A stretch of DNA of 64,000 nucleotides from an uncultured delta proteobacterium (GCA_963817385.1 CAWFOM010000020.1:24718-88717), one strand, 5' to 3'; positions 49,284-60,128 are shown, numbered from the stretch's first letter. Notes: generated by a model not told the origin, from the letters alone. Numbers and translations are program-made.

Positions 49284-51415
49284 ATGGCTATGGATGAGCT
49301 GGAACGTCTCCGCAATCAGTTGAATCGCTTGAAGACGGAAAACGCGACACTGCGCGGACTCTCCCCCCGGGGAGCGTCGTGCCGCGAAGGCGGAGAAACG
49401 GAACACAAACTCGCCGAAGAGGCACTGAAGAGATCGCGCCGCGAGTGGATGACCATCTTTCAGGCCATTGGCCATCCCACGGTGATCATGGATCCTGAAC
49501 ACCGGATCGTCCAGGCCAATCAGGCGGTCTGCCGGGTCCTCGGCAAATCGGAGTCTGAACTGGTTGGAAAATGCTGTTTTGAACTATTTCACGCAGCCGG
49601 TTCGGATCATCCGCCTGTCGGATGTCCGATGCAGCAGATGCGCATCTCCGACCGGATAGAGACTGTCGAGATGGAAATGGAGGCCCTCGGCGGAAGTTTC
49701 ATCGTTTCCTGCACGCCGGTTCTCGATGACGAAGGGCGCCTGCAGAAGATCATCCATATTGCAACCGATATTACCGAACGAAAGCGGGCGGAGGTGAAGC
49801 TGGAGGGAGAAAAGGCGTTCCTCAGGCAGGTGATCGACGCTGTTCCGTCATTCATCTCCGTCAAGGACGCCAAAGGCAGGTTTGAATTGGCCAACAAATC
49901 CCTGGCGACGGCCTGGGGAACTACGACGGATCGTCTCATCGGCAAAACGGTAGCGGATTTTAACCCGCATGAAGATGAGGTTCTGCAACTCCTGGCGGAA
50001 AACCTTGAAGTGATTCGAAGCCGGAGAGAGAAATTCATCCCCGAAGCGAAAGTAACCTTCTGCGATAAATCGGTGCAATGGATCTCCGCGCACAAGATTC
50101 CCCTCTCCCGCCAGGACGTCCTCTGCGACCGGGTTCTCACCGTGGGCACCGACATAACACACCTGAAGCGGTCGGAAGAAGAAAAGAAAAGTCTCCAGGC
50201 ACAGCTCCTTCAGGTCCAGAAAATGGAGGCCGTCGGTACGCTGGCCGGCGGGATCGCTCATGACTTCAATAACATCCTCATGGGAATTCAAGGACACATC
50301 TCCCTGCTGCTCTATGATCTGCTGCCGGAACATCCGCACCGGGGGAAACTCGAAAGTATCGAGAGTTACATCAAGCGAGGCGCCGACCTGACGAAACAGC
50401 TCCTGGGATTTGCCCGGGGGGGAAAGTACGACGTGAAGCCTACCAACATCAATGACATGCTGCAAAACAGCGTGGAGCTGTTCGGACGAACCAGGAAGGA
50501 GATCGGCATCTCCAAGAGATTCGAGGAAAAGCTCTGGAGTGTTGATGTCGATCAGGGGCAGATGGATCAGGTCTTTCTCAATCTCTTCATCAATGCCTCC
50601 CAGGCGATGCCCGGAGGAGGAAATCTCGACCTCAGAACGGAGAATATCGTTTTCAGCGAGAAGGATGTCAAGCTGGTCGGGGTGACCGAGGGCAGGTATG
50701 TCAAGATCTCCGTGAGCGACGACGGCATGGGGATGGACAATAAGACGCTGGAGAGGATTTTCGAGCCGTTCTTCTCAACAAAACCGAAGGGGGTAGGGAC
50801 CGGTCTCGGTTTGGCCTCCGCATACGGCATCATCAAGAACCACGGAGGCGGCATCCACGTTGCCAGTGAACCGGGGAGAGGGACAACCTTCACGATTTAC
50901 CTTCCCGCGACGGACATCGCGGCCGGCCGTTGGGGAGCAGAGGGAGGAAGAGATTTTCACCGGTTGGGAAACCATCATGGTTGTGGATGACGAACAGCTC
51001 AATATCGCCGTCATGAAGGAGATGCTGGAGATCACTCCACTATCGCGTCATCCCGGTGGGAAGCGGTCAGGAAGCCGTTGCCGTCTACATGGAGAAGGGT
51101 AAGGGGATCGATCTCGTCATCCTGGATATGATCATGCCCGGGATAAGCGGAGGGCGGACGTTCGATATCCTGCGGGGGATTAACCCGGATGTTGCGGTGA
51201 TCCTTGCCAGCGGCTACAGCGCCGAGGGTGAGGCGAGAGCGATCATAAACCGCGGTTGCCGGGGATTCATCCAGAAGCCTTTCCATCTTCAGGCACTCTC
51301 CCGGAACGTCCGGGAAGTGCTCAACGACAAGGGGGAGGCGAAACTCCGCCTTCGATTGCGAGAAACAACCAGGCAGAGCATGGGCGCTGCCAAGCAATCA
51401 TCTTTGTTGAGGTAA
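49284..51415 (+). CDS. PAS-PAS hybrid histidine kinase/receiver (two apparent +1 frameshifts near 50918 and 51033)
   Basis: QKMEAVGTLAGGIAHDFNN, NLFINA, DDGMGM, FEPFFSTK and GTGLGL. The REC domain (IMVVDD / LDMIMP / QKPF) is split over ORFs 50860 and 51056. Removing two bases gives 709 aa. Confidence 0.8.
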
Positions 51416-51456
51416 GATTCCGGAAAGGCGATGGGGACGCGCCCTTCTTGCACTGC

Positions 51457-52359
51457 TCACGCCTTGTCCCGGTACCCGAACTCCTGGAGCATTCGCGGAT
51501 CGTTGGTCCAATCCTTTGCGACGCGGACGAAGAGTTCCAGAAAGACCTTTGCGGCGAAGAACTTCTCCATCTCCAGCCGGGCCCTGGTGCCGATCTCCTT
51601 GAGCATCGCCCCCTTCTTCCCGATGATGATCCCTTTCTGCGAATCCTTTGCCACGTGGATCGTCGCGGCGATCCGGATCATGTTCTTCGCCTCGTCCTCC
51701 TTGAAGGTGTCGACGACGACGGCGGTCGCATAGGGGATCTCCTGGTGGGTGCGGATCGTGATCTTCTCCCGGATGATCTCGGCGGCGATGAACCTCTCGG
51801 AGCGGTCGGTCATCATCTCCTCGGGAAAATACCGGGGGCCTTCGGGAAGGAGCTTCCAGATCTCCCCGATGAGGCCATCCACGCCGTCGCCTTTGAGGGC
51901 GGATAGGGGGATGATCGCCCGGAAGGGGTACAGATCGCGGAATGTCTCGATGAGAGGCAGCAGGAGCCGCTTATCCCCGAGGTCGATCTTGTTGATGACG
52001 AGAAGGACCGGAAGGGGGACCTCGCGGAGGGAGTCGATGATGAAGCGGTCATCCGGGTGAGGAGCGGGGCCGGCCTCGGCGATGAACAAAAGGAGATCGA
52101 CGTTCCCGAAGGTGCCGGTCGCGGCATCGACCATTGCCCGGTTCAGGGGGGTGGATGCCCGGTGGATCCCGGGCGTGTCGAGGAAGATCATCTGTCCCGG
52201 TTGCGGCTCGCCCAGGTTTTTGATCCCCATGATCCGGTTTCGCGTCGTTTGGGGTTTATGCGTCGTGATGGCAATCCGCTCACCGACGATCCCGTTCAGG
52301 AGGGTTGATTTCCCCACATTGGGTCTGCCGATGATGCCGATAAAGCCGGATTTGAACAT
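51457..52359 (-). CDS. era: GTPase Era
   Basis: [34 protein letters not shown] and a KH domain with IIGKKG. Confidence 0.97.
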   Translation of the reverse strand: MFKSGFIGIIGRPNVGKSTLLNGIVGERIAITTHKPQTTRNRIMGIKNLGEPQPGQMIFLDTPGIHRASTPLNRAMVDAATGTFGNVDLLLFIAEAGPAPHPDDRFIIDSLREVPLPVLLVINKIDLGDKRLLLPLIETFRDLYPFRAIIPLSALKGDGVDGLIGEIWKLLPEGPRYFPEEMMTDRSERFIAAEIIREKITIRTHQEIPYATAVVVDTFKEDEAKNMIRIAATIHVAKDSQKGIIIGKKGAMLKEIGTRARLEMEKFFAAKVFLELFVRVAKDWTNDPRMLQEFGYRDKA

Positions 52360-52468
52360 GTATGCCTCCGTAAAAAGGTCGCTACCGGCAGTGCAGCGAT
52401 ATACGCCGCCTCGAACGTGCGGTCGCTCCGGTGAACCCGTTTCCGAGATCACAGCTCACGATACCATG

Positions 52469-53605
52469 TCAACCCGCTGCATGCAAATCTTCCCTGCGGT
52501 TTTCGATGATTCCCCCGGAGACGTCGGTCTGAAACGTTCTGCCGCCGTCCGTCAGGATCAGGGTAAGCCGCGGGAGGGTCTGATCGGCGGTGACGCGGAT
52601 ATCGGTGAGCCGAAAGCGCTCTTTGAGGGCAATGATATTTTCCCGGCGCTGCCCGGAGAAATTCGAGATATCGGCAGGGGCGAGGGCGAAGACGGCTCGT
52701 TCCCCTTCCGGGCCGGCAGCCGAGAGGAGAGAGGCGGCCATCTCCCGGAGGAGGGCGGACTCGACGAGCGTCCGGAAGGCCGGGTGGAACGGACCCGCGA
52801 CGACGGCTCCCGGCTCTTCCAGTTCCCGCGTTGTCTGGAGGCCGAGGCGGATCACGGGGATCCCGGCGGCGGTCAGTCTTTTTAGGGCATTCTTCCCTTG
52901 TTCCACCGCCTCCGCGAGTGTCAGCGGAAGATAGCGTCCCTCCCGAAAGGCCTCGGCCAGCGGGGTGTCCTTGAGGACGATCGTGGGATGTATCCGGACC
53001 ATGTCGGGGCCAAGGGCGATCATCCGTTCGATGGTATGGGCGAAGCGATCCCGGCTGTCCCCCGGCAGGCCGGCCATGAGGTGGATCCCCAGTGCGAATC
53101 CGGCTTTTCTTAGGAGGGTTAATGCACGGACGGTGTCGGCGGCCGTGTGGCCGCGTCGTGAACGGAGCAGGACTTCGTCGTCGAGCGACTGCGCTCCCAC
53201 CTCGATTGTCGTCACGCCGAATGTCTTGAGGAGGGCGAGACCTTCTCGGTTGATCTCGTCGGGGCGCGTCGAAATGCGGATGCTGTCAACCGCACCCTCC
53301 CGGAGAAAGGGCGCCGCAAGTTCAAGGAGACGCCGCTGCTCCGCACGCTCCATGCCGGTGAAGGTTCCGCCGTAGAAAGCGATCTGGACGGGGCCGCTCT
53401 TCCGCCTGGCGCAGTCGAGATAACCGCGGACGGTTTGGCTGAATGCCGCTTCCGTGATCCGCTCCGGGCGATCGCCGGCGGTAAGACGCTCATTGCAGAA
53501 GAGACAGCGGTGAGGGCAGCCCCGGTTCATGATGAAAAGAGGGATGATCATCGGCGTTACATGGGGATTTTTCCACATCCTCCTTGCGGGGGGAGTCATC
53601 GTCAT
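52469..53605 (-). CDS. Elp3-like radical SAM protein
   Basis: GCPHRCLFC, AFYGGTFT, IRISTRPD, EVGAQS and GPFHPAF. Confidence 0.88.
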   Translation of the reverse strand: MTMTPPARRMWKNPHVTPMIIPLFIMNRGCPHRCLFCNERLTAGDRPERITEAAFSQTVRGYLDCARRKSGPVQIAFYGGTFTGMERAEQRRLLELAAPFLREGAVDSIRISTRPDEINREGLALLKTFGVTTIEVGAQSLDDEVLLRSRRGHTAADTVRALTLLRKAGFALGIHLMAGLPGDSRDRFAHTIERMIALGPDMVRIHPTIVLKDTPLAEAFREGRYLPLTLAEAVEQGKNALKRLTAAGIPVIRLGLQTTRELEEPGAVVAGPFHPAFRTLVESALLREMAASLLSAAGPEGERAVFALAPADISNFSGQRRENIIALKERFRLTDIRVTADQTLPRLTLILTDGGRTFQTDVSGGIIENRREDLHAAG

Positions 53606-54333
53606 GGCTCTTTCTCCCCGGGAGGATCGCTTTGCCGGAGCTCCTCCAGGGCGATTTTCGCCGCCTGCTGCTCCGCCTCCTTCTTGTTCCTCCCCGTTCC
53701 CGTCGCGATGACCCGCTCGCCGATGACGAGGCTCATCTCGAAGCGCTTATCGTGGTCCGGACCGGTTTCGGCAATCAAGGTGTAGCGGGGGACCTCGCGA
53801 AAGCGGACCTGGCAGATCTCCTGCGCGTCGGTCTTGTAATCCCGATAGAGGGGGGTCGCCGCACCCTCCCGGATGAGCGGCGCGAAGAGCCCTTCGATGA
53901 AGGCGGCGGTACGGTCGAAACCTGCGTCGAGATACATGGCGGCGATGACGGACTCGAAGGCATTAGCCAAAAGCGATGTTTTGATCCGGCCGCCCGACAC
54001 CTCTTCCCCGCGCCCGAGGAGGAGGAAATCCCCGATCCGGAAGCGCCTGGCAAGCTCGGCGAGCGGCTGCTCGTTCACGACGGAGGCGCGCAGTTTCGAG
54101 AGCTGTCCCTCGGTATAGTCGGGGAATGTTCTCGTCAGCATATGGCTGATGGTCAGCTCCAGGACGGCGTCGCCCAGGAATTCCAGCCGCTCGTTGTCCT
54201 TGCAGGCGAGAACGGGATTCTCGTTGACGAACGACCGGTGGGTAAGGGCGTTTTCCAGGAGACCGATCTGATCGAAGCGGTAGCCGAGACCATCTTCCAG
54301 ATCCCTCAGTGCCAGCATTCTCTGCTCATCCAT
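53602..54333 (-). CDS. rnc: ribonuclease III
   Basis: ALTHRS, NERLEFLGDAVL and a dsRBD (GPDH, KKEAEQQAA). Confidence 0.97.
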   Translation of the reverse strand: MDEQRMLALRDLEDGLGYRFDQIGLLENALTHRSFVNENPVLACKDNERLEFLGDAVLELTISHMLTRTFPDYTEGQLSKLRASVVNEQPLAELARRFRIGDFLLLGRGEEVSGGRIKTSLLANAFESVIAAMYLDAGFDRTAAFIEGLFAPLIREGAATPLYRDYKTDAQEICQVRFREVPRYTLIAETGPDHDKRFEMSLVIGERVIATGTGRNKKEAEQQAAKIALEELRQSDPPGEKEP

Positions 54334-54383
54334 ACTGTGCTCTCAAAAAGGTCGGATAACGAATGACCGGAGCGGTGAAAACG

Positions 54384-55691
54384 TTATTCATGGATCACCT
54401 CTGCGAGCAACCTGCCGTTCAGGAAGGAGTCCGGCATCACGCGAACGATCCGGTTTGCCTCCGCGGCGCCGCGGACGGCGACGGGGATGTAGTTGTCGGA
54501 GAATCCCAGCGGGAAACCGGTGGCCGCGTCTTTTCTCCCCTCGGTGAGGACGGTAAGCGGCGTTCCGATGAAGCGCCCGGCGAAGGTGCGACGCTTTTCC
54601 GCACCGACCCTCCGCAGGCGCTCCGCCCGCCCCTTCTTCTCCTGATCGGGGATCTGGCCGGCCATGGACGCGGCGGGCGTACCGGGGCGCCGGGAGTAGG
54701 GGAAGACGTGAAGATAGGCGACGGGCATCTCTTCCACCAGGCGAAGGGTATTTGCAAAGGCTTCCTCCGTTTCTCCGGGGAATCCGACCATGACGTCAAT
54801 CCCGACGGCGACACCGGGAACGGCCGCCCAGATCCTTTGCAGGAGGTCCCGGAAAAAGGCCGCATCATAGTCGCGGCGCATCGCGGCGAGGATCCCATCG
54901 TCGCCGCTCTGGAGCGGAATGTGGAGGTGGCGGCAGACGACACCGGACGACCCCAGAAGGGCGATGAGTCTATCGGTGATCTCCCGCGGTTCGATTGAGC
55001 TCAGACGGAGCCGCTCCACCAGGCGTTCATCCGCGACACGCCGGATCAACGACTCCAGTTCCTCGGGAGGGATAAGATCGCGGCCATAGGCGCCCAGGTG
55101 GATCCCCGTGAGGACCACTTCGCGATACCCTCCGGCAGCCAGGGACGCGATCCTGGCCGCGACTTCCGTAGAAGGGAGGCTGCGGCTTGGCCCTCGCGCA
55201 TGGGGGACGATGCAGTAGGAACAGAAGGCATCGCACCCGTCCTGGATCTTCAGGAAGGCGCGGGTGTGTTCCGGAAAAAGCGTTGCACCCAGTCGGGAGA
55301 ACGCTCGTTTACCCCGAATGTCGTCTACTCGGACCTGCTCTCCGCCTCCGGCGGTGAACTCCTGAAGGATCTGGGGGAGGCTTTCCTTTTCGGTGTTTCC
55401 GGCGACGATACTGACGCCGGGGATCCGGGCGATCTCTTCCGGAGCTCTCTGGGCGTAGCAGCCGGTAACGAAGACGGCAGCCGCCGGATTTCGCCGGATC
55501 GCCCTGCGGATCAGTTGCCGGGACTGGTAATCGGTCCTCCCGGTCACCGTGCAGGTGTTGACGATGTAGCAGTCCGCCTCATCTTCGAACGGGACGATCG
55601 TCATCCCCCGGGCGGTCATCGCCTCCGCGATCCCGGCCGATTCGCACTGGTTTACCTTGCAGCCGAGGGTAACCACGGCTACCCTAACCAT
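54384..55691 (-). CDS. mtaB: tRNA t6A37 methylthiotransferase
   Basis: TLGCKVNQ, NTCTVT, TGCYAQ, TRAFLKIQDGCDAFCSYC and HVFPYSRRPGTPAA. Confidence 0.92.
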   Translation of the reverse strand: MVRVAVVTLGCKVNQCESAGIAEAMTARGMTIVPFEDEADCYIVNTCTVTGRTDYQSRQLIRRAIRRNPAAAVFVTGCYAQRAPEEIARIPGVSIVAGNTEKESLPQILQEFTAGGGEQVRVDDIRGKRAFSRLGATLFPEHTRAFLKIQDGCDAFCSYCIVPHARGPSRSLPSTEVAARIASLAAGGYREVVLTGIHLGAYGRDLIPPEELESLIRRVADERLVERLRLSSIEPREITDRLIALLGSSGVVCRHLHIPLQSGDDGILAAMRRDYDAAFFRDLLQRIWAAVPGVAVGIDVMVGFPGETEEAFANTLRLVEEMPVAYLHVFPYSRRPGTPAASMAGQIPDQEKKGRAERLRRVGAEKRRTFAGRFIGTPLTVLTEGRKDAATGFPLGFSDNYIPVAVRGAAEANRIVRVMPDSFLNGRLLAEVIHE

Positions 55692-55832
55692 CTGTCCGCC
55701 CCCTCTCGGTTCCGCGATCGCCTTGAGATCAAAAGGCTGCGGTGATTTTCGTGATATCATCTCTTGCCGGGCCATCTTCTTGCTGCCTATGGTTCATGCC
55801 GAATTATTTCCGGACCACCTCTGACGCCGTCA

Positions 55833-55862
55833 AATCTAAACGCCGGATGCGCCGTTTGTCAA
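55833..55862 (-). promoter_or_regulatory. putative sigma70 promoter of the mtaB-rnc operon
   Basis: TTGACA-N18-TAGATT on the minus strand. Confidence 0.4.
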
Positions 55863-55929
55863 GGCGAAAGGATTTCTGGCCTTTCATTTCTGTTTCCGGT
55901 AAAATGACGCCAACGTGAGGAGGTGACCC

Positions 55930-56373
55930 ATGCAAGAGGTTGTCCGCATCCTGTCCGAATATCCGCTGGCTGCAATAGCCGTTTGCTTTGCGGTACTGCT
56001 GATTCTCTATTTTCTTTTCAAGCAGCTCATCAAATTGGCGCTGGTCATGATCATTCTCGCGGTGGCGATCGGCGGCTATTACTATTTCCGTGAACCCGAC
56101 AGCAGGCCGGCGGACCTCAAGGATGCAGTGGAAAAGGCCCGCATCGGGACGGGCCGCGCCATGGAAAAGGGGAAGGAAGCCGTGGAGAAGGGGCGGGAGA
56201 TGATCGGCAAGGGGAAAGAGGTCGTCGAAAAAGGCAGGGAACTGGTTGAAAAGGGGAAAGTAGCCCTGGACAAGGGGATCGAGAAGGGGAAAGAGGTCGT
56301 CGACAGAGGAAAGGATGCCGCGGACGAGATCGGGAAAATCCTTGATGGGGAACAAAAGGTAGATAAGAAGTAG
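55930..56373 (+). CDS. hypothetical 2-TM protein with a 7-residue repeat tail
   Basis: SD GAGGAGG, two hydrophobic helices, EKG[KR]Exx repeats. Confidence 0.8.
   Translation: MQEVVRILSEYPLAAIAVCFAVLLILYFLFKQLIKLALVMIILAVAIGGYYYFREPDSRPADLKDAVEKARIGTGRAMEKGKEAVEKGREMIGKGKEVVEKGRELVEKGKVALDKGIEKGKEVVDRGKDAADEIGKILDGEQKVDKK
56161..56322 (+). repeat. degenerate 21-bp coding tandem repeat
   Basis: EKGKEAV/EKGREMI/GKGKEVV/EKGRELV/EKGKVAL/DKGI/EKGKEVV/DRGKDAA. Confidence 0.75.
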
Positions 56374-56386
56374 GAGCCTCAAGCGA

Positions 56387-56887
56387 TTACTTTGATTCGA
56401 TCTCCAGAAGCCGGTTCCAGTCCAGGGTAGGGAAGACCCGATGGAGGTCATGGTCGTCGTCGACGAGATGGTGGTCGAGGTTTCCGAAGAGCCGCTCCGC
56501 GATCCGGCGGGTTGGTCCCGGCGGCACGACGATGTCCTGCCGCCCGTGGTAGAGGGTAACGGGTAACTGCAGCGGCGTCGCATACCAGGGAGTGAAATCG
56601 GCGTGACCGAGGGCCGGGGCGAGGAGGATGAGCCTCCGGGTGCGGGCCGGGTGCCGGCATGCAAAGAGCGCGGCCATGAGTCCTCCGTAGCTCGAACCGA
56701 CGAGAATGAGATTGCCTTTTCCCGTGAGGCTGCTCGTAAGTTTATCCATCCTCTCCGCGAGGGGGCCCGAGAAGTCCTCCAGGAGCATCTCCGGGTATCT
56801 TCCGCGAAAAAATCGCCCCTTTGTGCCTCGGCTGCTGCTGTCGAGGCCATGCAGGAAAACACGGGTAATTTCGGTCATGGTGATCAC
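56387..56887 (-). CDS. YqiA-like alpha/beta hydrolase
   Basis: FLHGLDSS, nucleophile elbow GSSYGG, HGRQD and DDDH. Confidence 0.85.
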   Translation of the reverse strand: MITMTEITRVFLHGLDSSSRGTKGRFFRGRYPEMLLEDFSGPLAERMDKLTSSLTGKGNLILVGSSYGGLMAALFACRHPARTRRLILLAPALGHADFTPWYATPLQLPVTLYHGRQDIVVPPGPTRRIAERLFGNLDHHLVDDDHDLHRVFPTLDWNRLLEIESK

Positions 56888-57082
56888 CCCGCTAAGGAGA
56901 AATCCCGGTCATGAGCAATACCGCCGGAGATGTTCCCCAAAGGCGGCGATGCCCTTTCGGATTGCTTTCCATATGCCCGTGTGTTAGGAATTTTCAAGAA
57001 AAAAATGGAGGCGGCCGTCCGGGAACGACCCGTTCGAAGATCGGCGGCCCGCGGCGGTCATTTTCAAGGAGAGGAGAGATCC

Positions 57083-58324
57083 ATGTCGCATGTCGTTCCC
57101 TTTCGGGCGCTGAGACCCGCAATACCGTATGCCCGGGAGGTTGCCGCTCCGCCCTATGACGTCCTGAACGTCGCGGAGGCTCGGCAGTTGGTCCGCGATA
57201 ACCCGCTCAGTTTTCTCCATGTGGAAAAATCGGAGATCGACGTCCCCGATGCGGCGGGGGTGGAGGATCGCCGGATCTACGACCGGGGAAGGGTCAATCT
57301 GGAGGAGTTGATCCGCCGGGGAATCCTCCTGCGCGAGGAGACGCCGGCGTTTTATCTCTACCGGCAGCGGATGGGGGATCGTCTCCAGTGGGGGATCGTC
57401 GCCGGCGTCAGCATCGCGGAATATGAGGCGGGGCTAATCAGGAGACATGAACTGACACGGCCGGACAAGGAGCGGGAGAGGACGTACAATATCGACATCG
57501 TCGGGGCGCAGACGGGACCGATCTTCCTTACTTACCGGGGGCGGGAGGCGATCGACCGCCTGGCGGCGCGGGTCATGGCGAGACCGCCCGAGTACGATTT
57601 CACGGCCGGGGACGGTGTCGCCCACACCGTCTGGGTCATCGGGGATCCGGCGGAGATCCGCGAAGTGGCGGAAGGGTTTGTCCCGGTTGAGGCGCTCTAC
57701 ATCGCCGACGGCCATCACCGTGCCGCCGCCGCGGCGAATGTCGCACGCCTCAGAGACGAACGGAATCCCGGCAACCGGGAGGACGAGGCGCATCATCTCC
57801 TTTTGGCCGTCCTTTTCTCCCGGGATCAGCTCAGGATCATGGATTACAACCGCGCCGTCCGGGATCTGAACGGATTGACGCCGGAGGCGTTTCTCCGGCG
57901 GGTAGGCGAACGATTTCTGGTCACCGAGGGCTTTGCGGGAAAATCGCCGGCGCGGGCTCACGAGTTCGGGATGTATCTGAGGGGGGCATGGCGCCGGCTT
58001 GCCGCCCGGGAGGAGATTCTCCGGGACGACGATCCCGTAGCCGGCCTGGATGTCTCCCTCCTCCAGGACCACCTTCTTGGTCCGGTCCTCGGCATCCGGG
58101 ATCAACGAACGGATGACCGGATCGCCTTCATCGGCGGCATCCGGGGGATGGCGGAGCTGGAGAGACTCGTCGACCGGAGCGGATTTGCCGTCGCGTTTTC
58201 CCTGTATCCCCCGACGGTGGAACAGATGATGGCCGTTGCGGACGCCGGAAAGGTGATGCCGCCGAAATCGACCTGGTTCGAACCCAAACTCTTAAGCGGC
58301 CTCTTCGTCCATCTCTTGGAGTGA
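57083..58324 (+). CDS. DUF1015 family protein
   Basis: PFRALRP, APPYDV, RHELTR, YIADGHHR and MPPKSTWFEPKLLSG. Confidence 0.9.
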   Translation: MSHVVPFRALRPAIPYAREVAAPPYDVLNVAEARQLVRDNPLSFLHVEKSEIDVPDAAGVEDRRIYDRGRVNLEELIRRGILLREETPAFYLYRQRMGDRLQWGIVAGVSIAEYEAGLIRRHELTRPDKERERTYNIDIVGAQTGPIFLTYRGREAIDRLAARVMARPPEYDFTAGDGVAHTVWVIGDPAEIREVAEGFVPVEALYIADGHHRAAAAANVARLRDERNPGNREDEAHHLLLAVLFSRDQLRIMDYNRAVRDLNGLTPEAFLRRVGERFLVTEGFAGKSPARAHEFGMYLRGAWRRLAAREEILRDDDPVAGLDVSLLQDHLLGPVLGIRDQRTDDRIAFIGGIRGMAELERLVDRSGFAVAFSLYPPTVEQMMAVADAGKVMPPKSTWFEPKLLSGLFVHLLE

Positions 58325-59133
58325 TCATGGGCGCGGATCTTCCCACACGAGAGGATGCGTCCGGAGAAACCGGGGAGACGATCGACGAGATCCTCGGGGG
58401 CCGCCTTCGGATCATCCAGAAGAAATCGGGTTATCGATTCTCGATTGATGCGATTCTGCTCGCCCATTTCGTCGTCTTGAGGGAGGGGGAGGAATGTCTC
58501 GAACTGGGGGCGGGGAGCGGAATCGTTGCCCTGATCCTCGCGCGCCGGTACCGCTGCCGGAGGATTCTGGGGATCGACATTCAGGCGGATCTCGTCTCCC
58601 TGGCAGAGCGGAACGCAAAGATGAATAACCTTGCCGGGTGCACGGAGTTCCGCCGGGGGGACGTCCGCCATCCGGAATCCATCTGTGCGCCAATGTCTTT
58701 TGATGCCGCCGTCTTTAACCCCCCCTATCGGCGTCTCCGGTCGGGGCGGATGAATCCCGATCCCGCCAAGGCGATTGCCCGGCATGAGGTCGCCGGGACG
58801 CTCGGGGATTTCCTCGCCGCTGCCGCGCATGCCCTCAGAGACGGAGGCCGCGTCACTGCGATCTATCCGGCGAGGCGGATGGCGGGGATGATCTCCCGGA
58901 TGCGAAGCTGTCGGATCGAACCGAAACGGATGCGGATCGTCCACTCCCGTCCCGGCGGGATGGGTGAGTTTCTCCTTATGGAAGGGGTGAAGGGGGGACG
59001 GGAAGAGCTGGCCGTTCTGCCGCCGCTTTTCATCTATACGGAGGGGGGCGCATATTCCGCCGAGATGGCGGCTATTTTCCAGGATCTTTCCGTTTTTCCC
59101 GCTGCCGGCGCCGGCCGATCTCCCTCGCCATAA
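58321..59133 (+). CDS. tRNA1(Val) m6A37 methyltransferase family
   Basis: GYRFSIDAILLA, LELGAGSG, NPPY, ARHE and EPKR. Confidence 0.88.
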   Translation: MIMGADLPTREDASGETGETIDEILGGRLRIIQKKSGYRFSIDAILLAHFVVLREGEECLELGAGSGIVALILARRYRCRRILGIDIQADLVSLAERNAKMNNLAGCTEFRRGDVRHPESICAPMSFDAAVFNPPYRRLRSGRMNPDPAKAIARHEVAGTLGDFLAAAAHALRDGGRVTAIYPARRMAGMISRMRSCRIEPKRMRIVHSRPGGMGEFLLMEGVKGGREELAVLPPLFIYTEGGAYSAEMAAIFQDLSVFPAAGAGRSPSP

Positions 59134-59584
59134 CGCGCTCCATGATCTCCCGGAGTTCCGGATCCCGGACGGTATCGAGGCTTTCCCGCATCATGGTGCG
59201 GTCGCGCCCCGCAAGCGGGGGAAGGTCGGGATCGGGCGCCGGTGGGTTCGCTCCGCCCGGAGGCGGGGTTGGGATCTCGCCGATTGAGAAGTGGAGATTC
59301 CGAACCTCTTCCGGAAAGGAGAGTTCGTTGAGCTTGCCGAGAATCTCCTCCTTCATAAACTGGAGTTGATGCATCCAGACCGGCGCGGAGACCCGGACAA
59401 AGAGGACTCCCCGTTTCAGCGAGTCGGGATGGGTCTGGGAGGCGATCTGGGGACCGACGGCCCGTCTCCAGATCGCGAGGAGGCGGCGGTCGGTCGACGT
59501 ATGGGGGATATTCCTCTTCTTGAGGATCTTCCCGAGGATCTCCCCCAGCATTTCCGGTTTGAGCTGCCTGGCCCGTCTGCGCAT
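59072..59584 (-). CDS. DUF721/DciA family protein
   Basis: W..AVGPQIASQTHP..L..GVLFV.V..PVWMHQL. Confidence 0.8.
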   Translation of the reverse strand: MRRRARQLKPEMLGEILGKILKKRNIPHTSTDRRLLAIWRRAVGPQIASQTHPDSLKRGVLFVRVSAPVWMHQLQFMKEEILGKLNELSFPEEVRNLHFSIGEIPTPPPGGANPPAPDPDLPPLAGRDRTMMRESLDTVRDPELREIMERVMAREIGRRRQREKRKDPGK

Positions 59585-59597
59585 GGATTATTCTCCC

Positions 59598-60128
59598 TCA
59601 GATGAGCTTGCTTAGCTCGGCGGCGAAGACGTCGTATGTCCGGCGGTCATACAGGACGAAGCGGACGAGATCGATGTCGGTATTCTCCCGCAGATAGTCG
59701 ACGGCCGTTTTCAGGGCAATATGGGCCGCCTCGGCAAGCGGGTAGCTGTAGACCCCCGTGCTGATTGCGGGCAGGGCGACGCTTTTGAGCCCCTTCGCGG
59801 CGGCGAGTCTGAGGCTGGAAAGATAGGCGCTCCGGAGAAGATCCGCCTCCCCGCTCGTCCCCCCCTGATAGACCGGTCCTACCGTGTGGATGACATATTT
59901 TGCCTTCAGGTTTCCCCCGGTTGTGATGACGGCCTGGCCGGTGGGGCAGCCGCCGATCTTTCGGCATTCATCCATGATGGAGGGGCCGCCGGCGCGGTGA
60001 ATGGCGCCGTCGACGCCTGCGCCGCCCCGAAGCCGGGAGTTGGCCGCATTGACGATGGCGTCGGTTTCCTCCGCGGTGATATCTCCCTGGACGAGGGCGA
60101 GCAGTCCCTGATTGATCCTGACTTCCAT
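59598..60128 (-). CDS. ymdB: macro domain O-acetyl-ADP-ribose deacetylase (YmdB-like)
   Basis: GDIT, AIVNAAN, GVDGAIHRAGG, VIHTVGP and PAISTGVY. Confidence 0.92.
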   Translation of the reverse strand: MEVRINQGLLALVQGDITAEETDAIVNAANSRLRGGAGVDGAIHRAGGPSIMDECRKIGGCPTGQAVITTGGNLKAKYVIHTVGPVYQGGTSGEADLLRSAYLSSLRLAAAKGLKSVALPAISTGVYSYPLAEAAHIALKTAVDYLRENTDIDLVRFVLYDRRTYDVFAAELSKLI

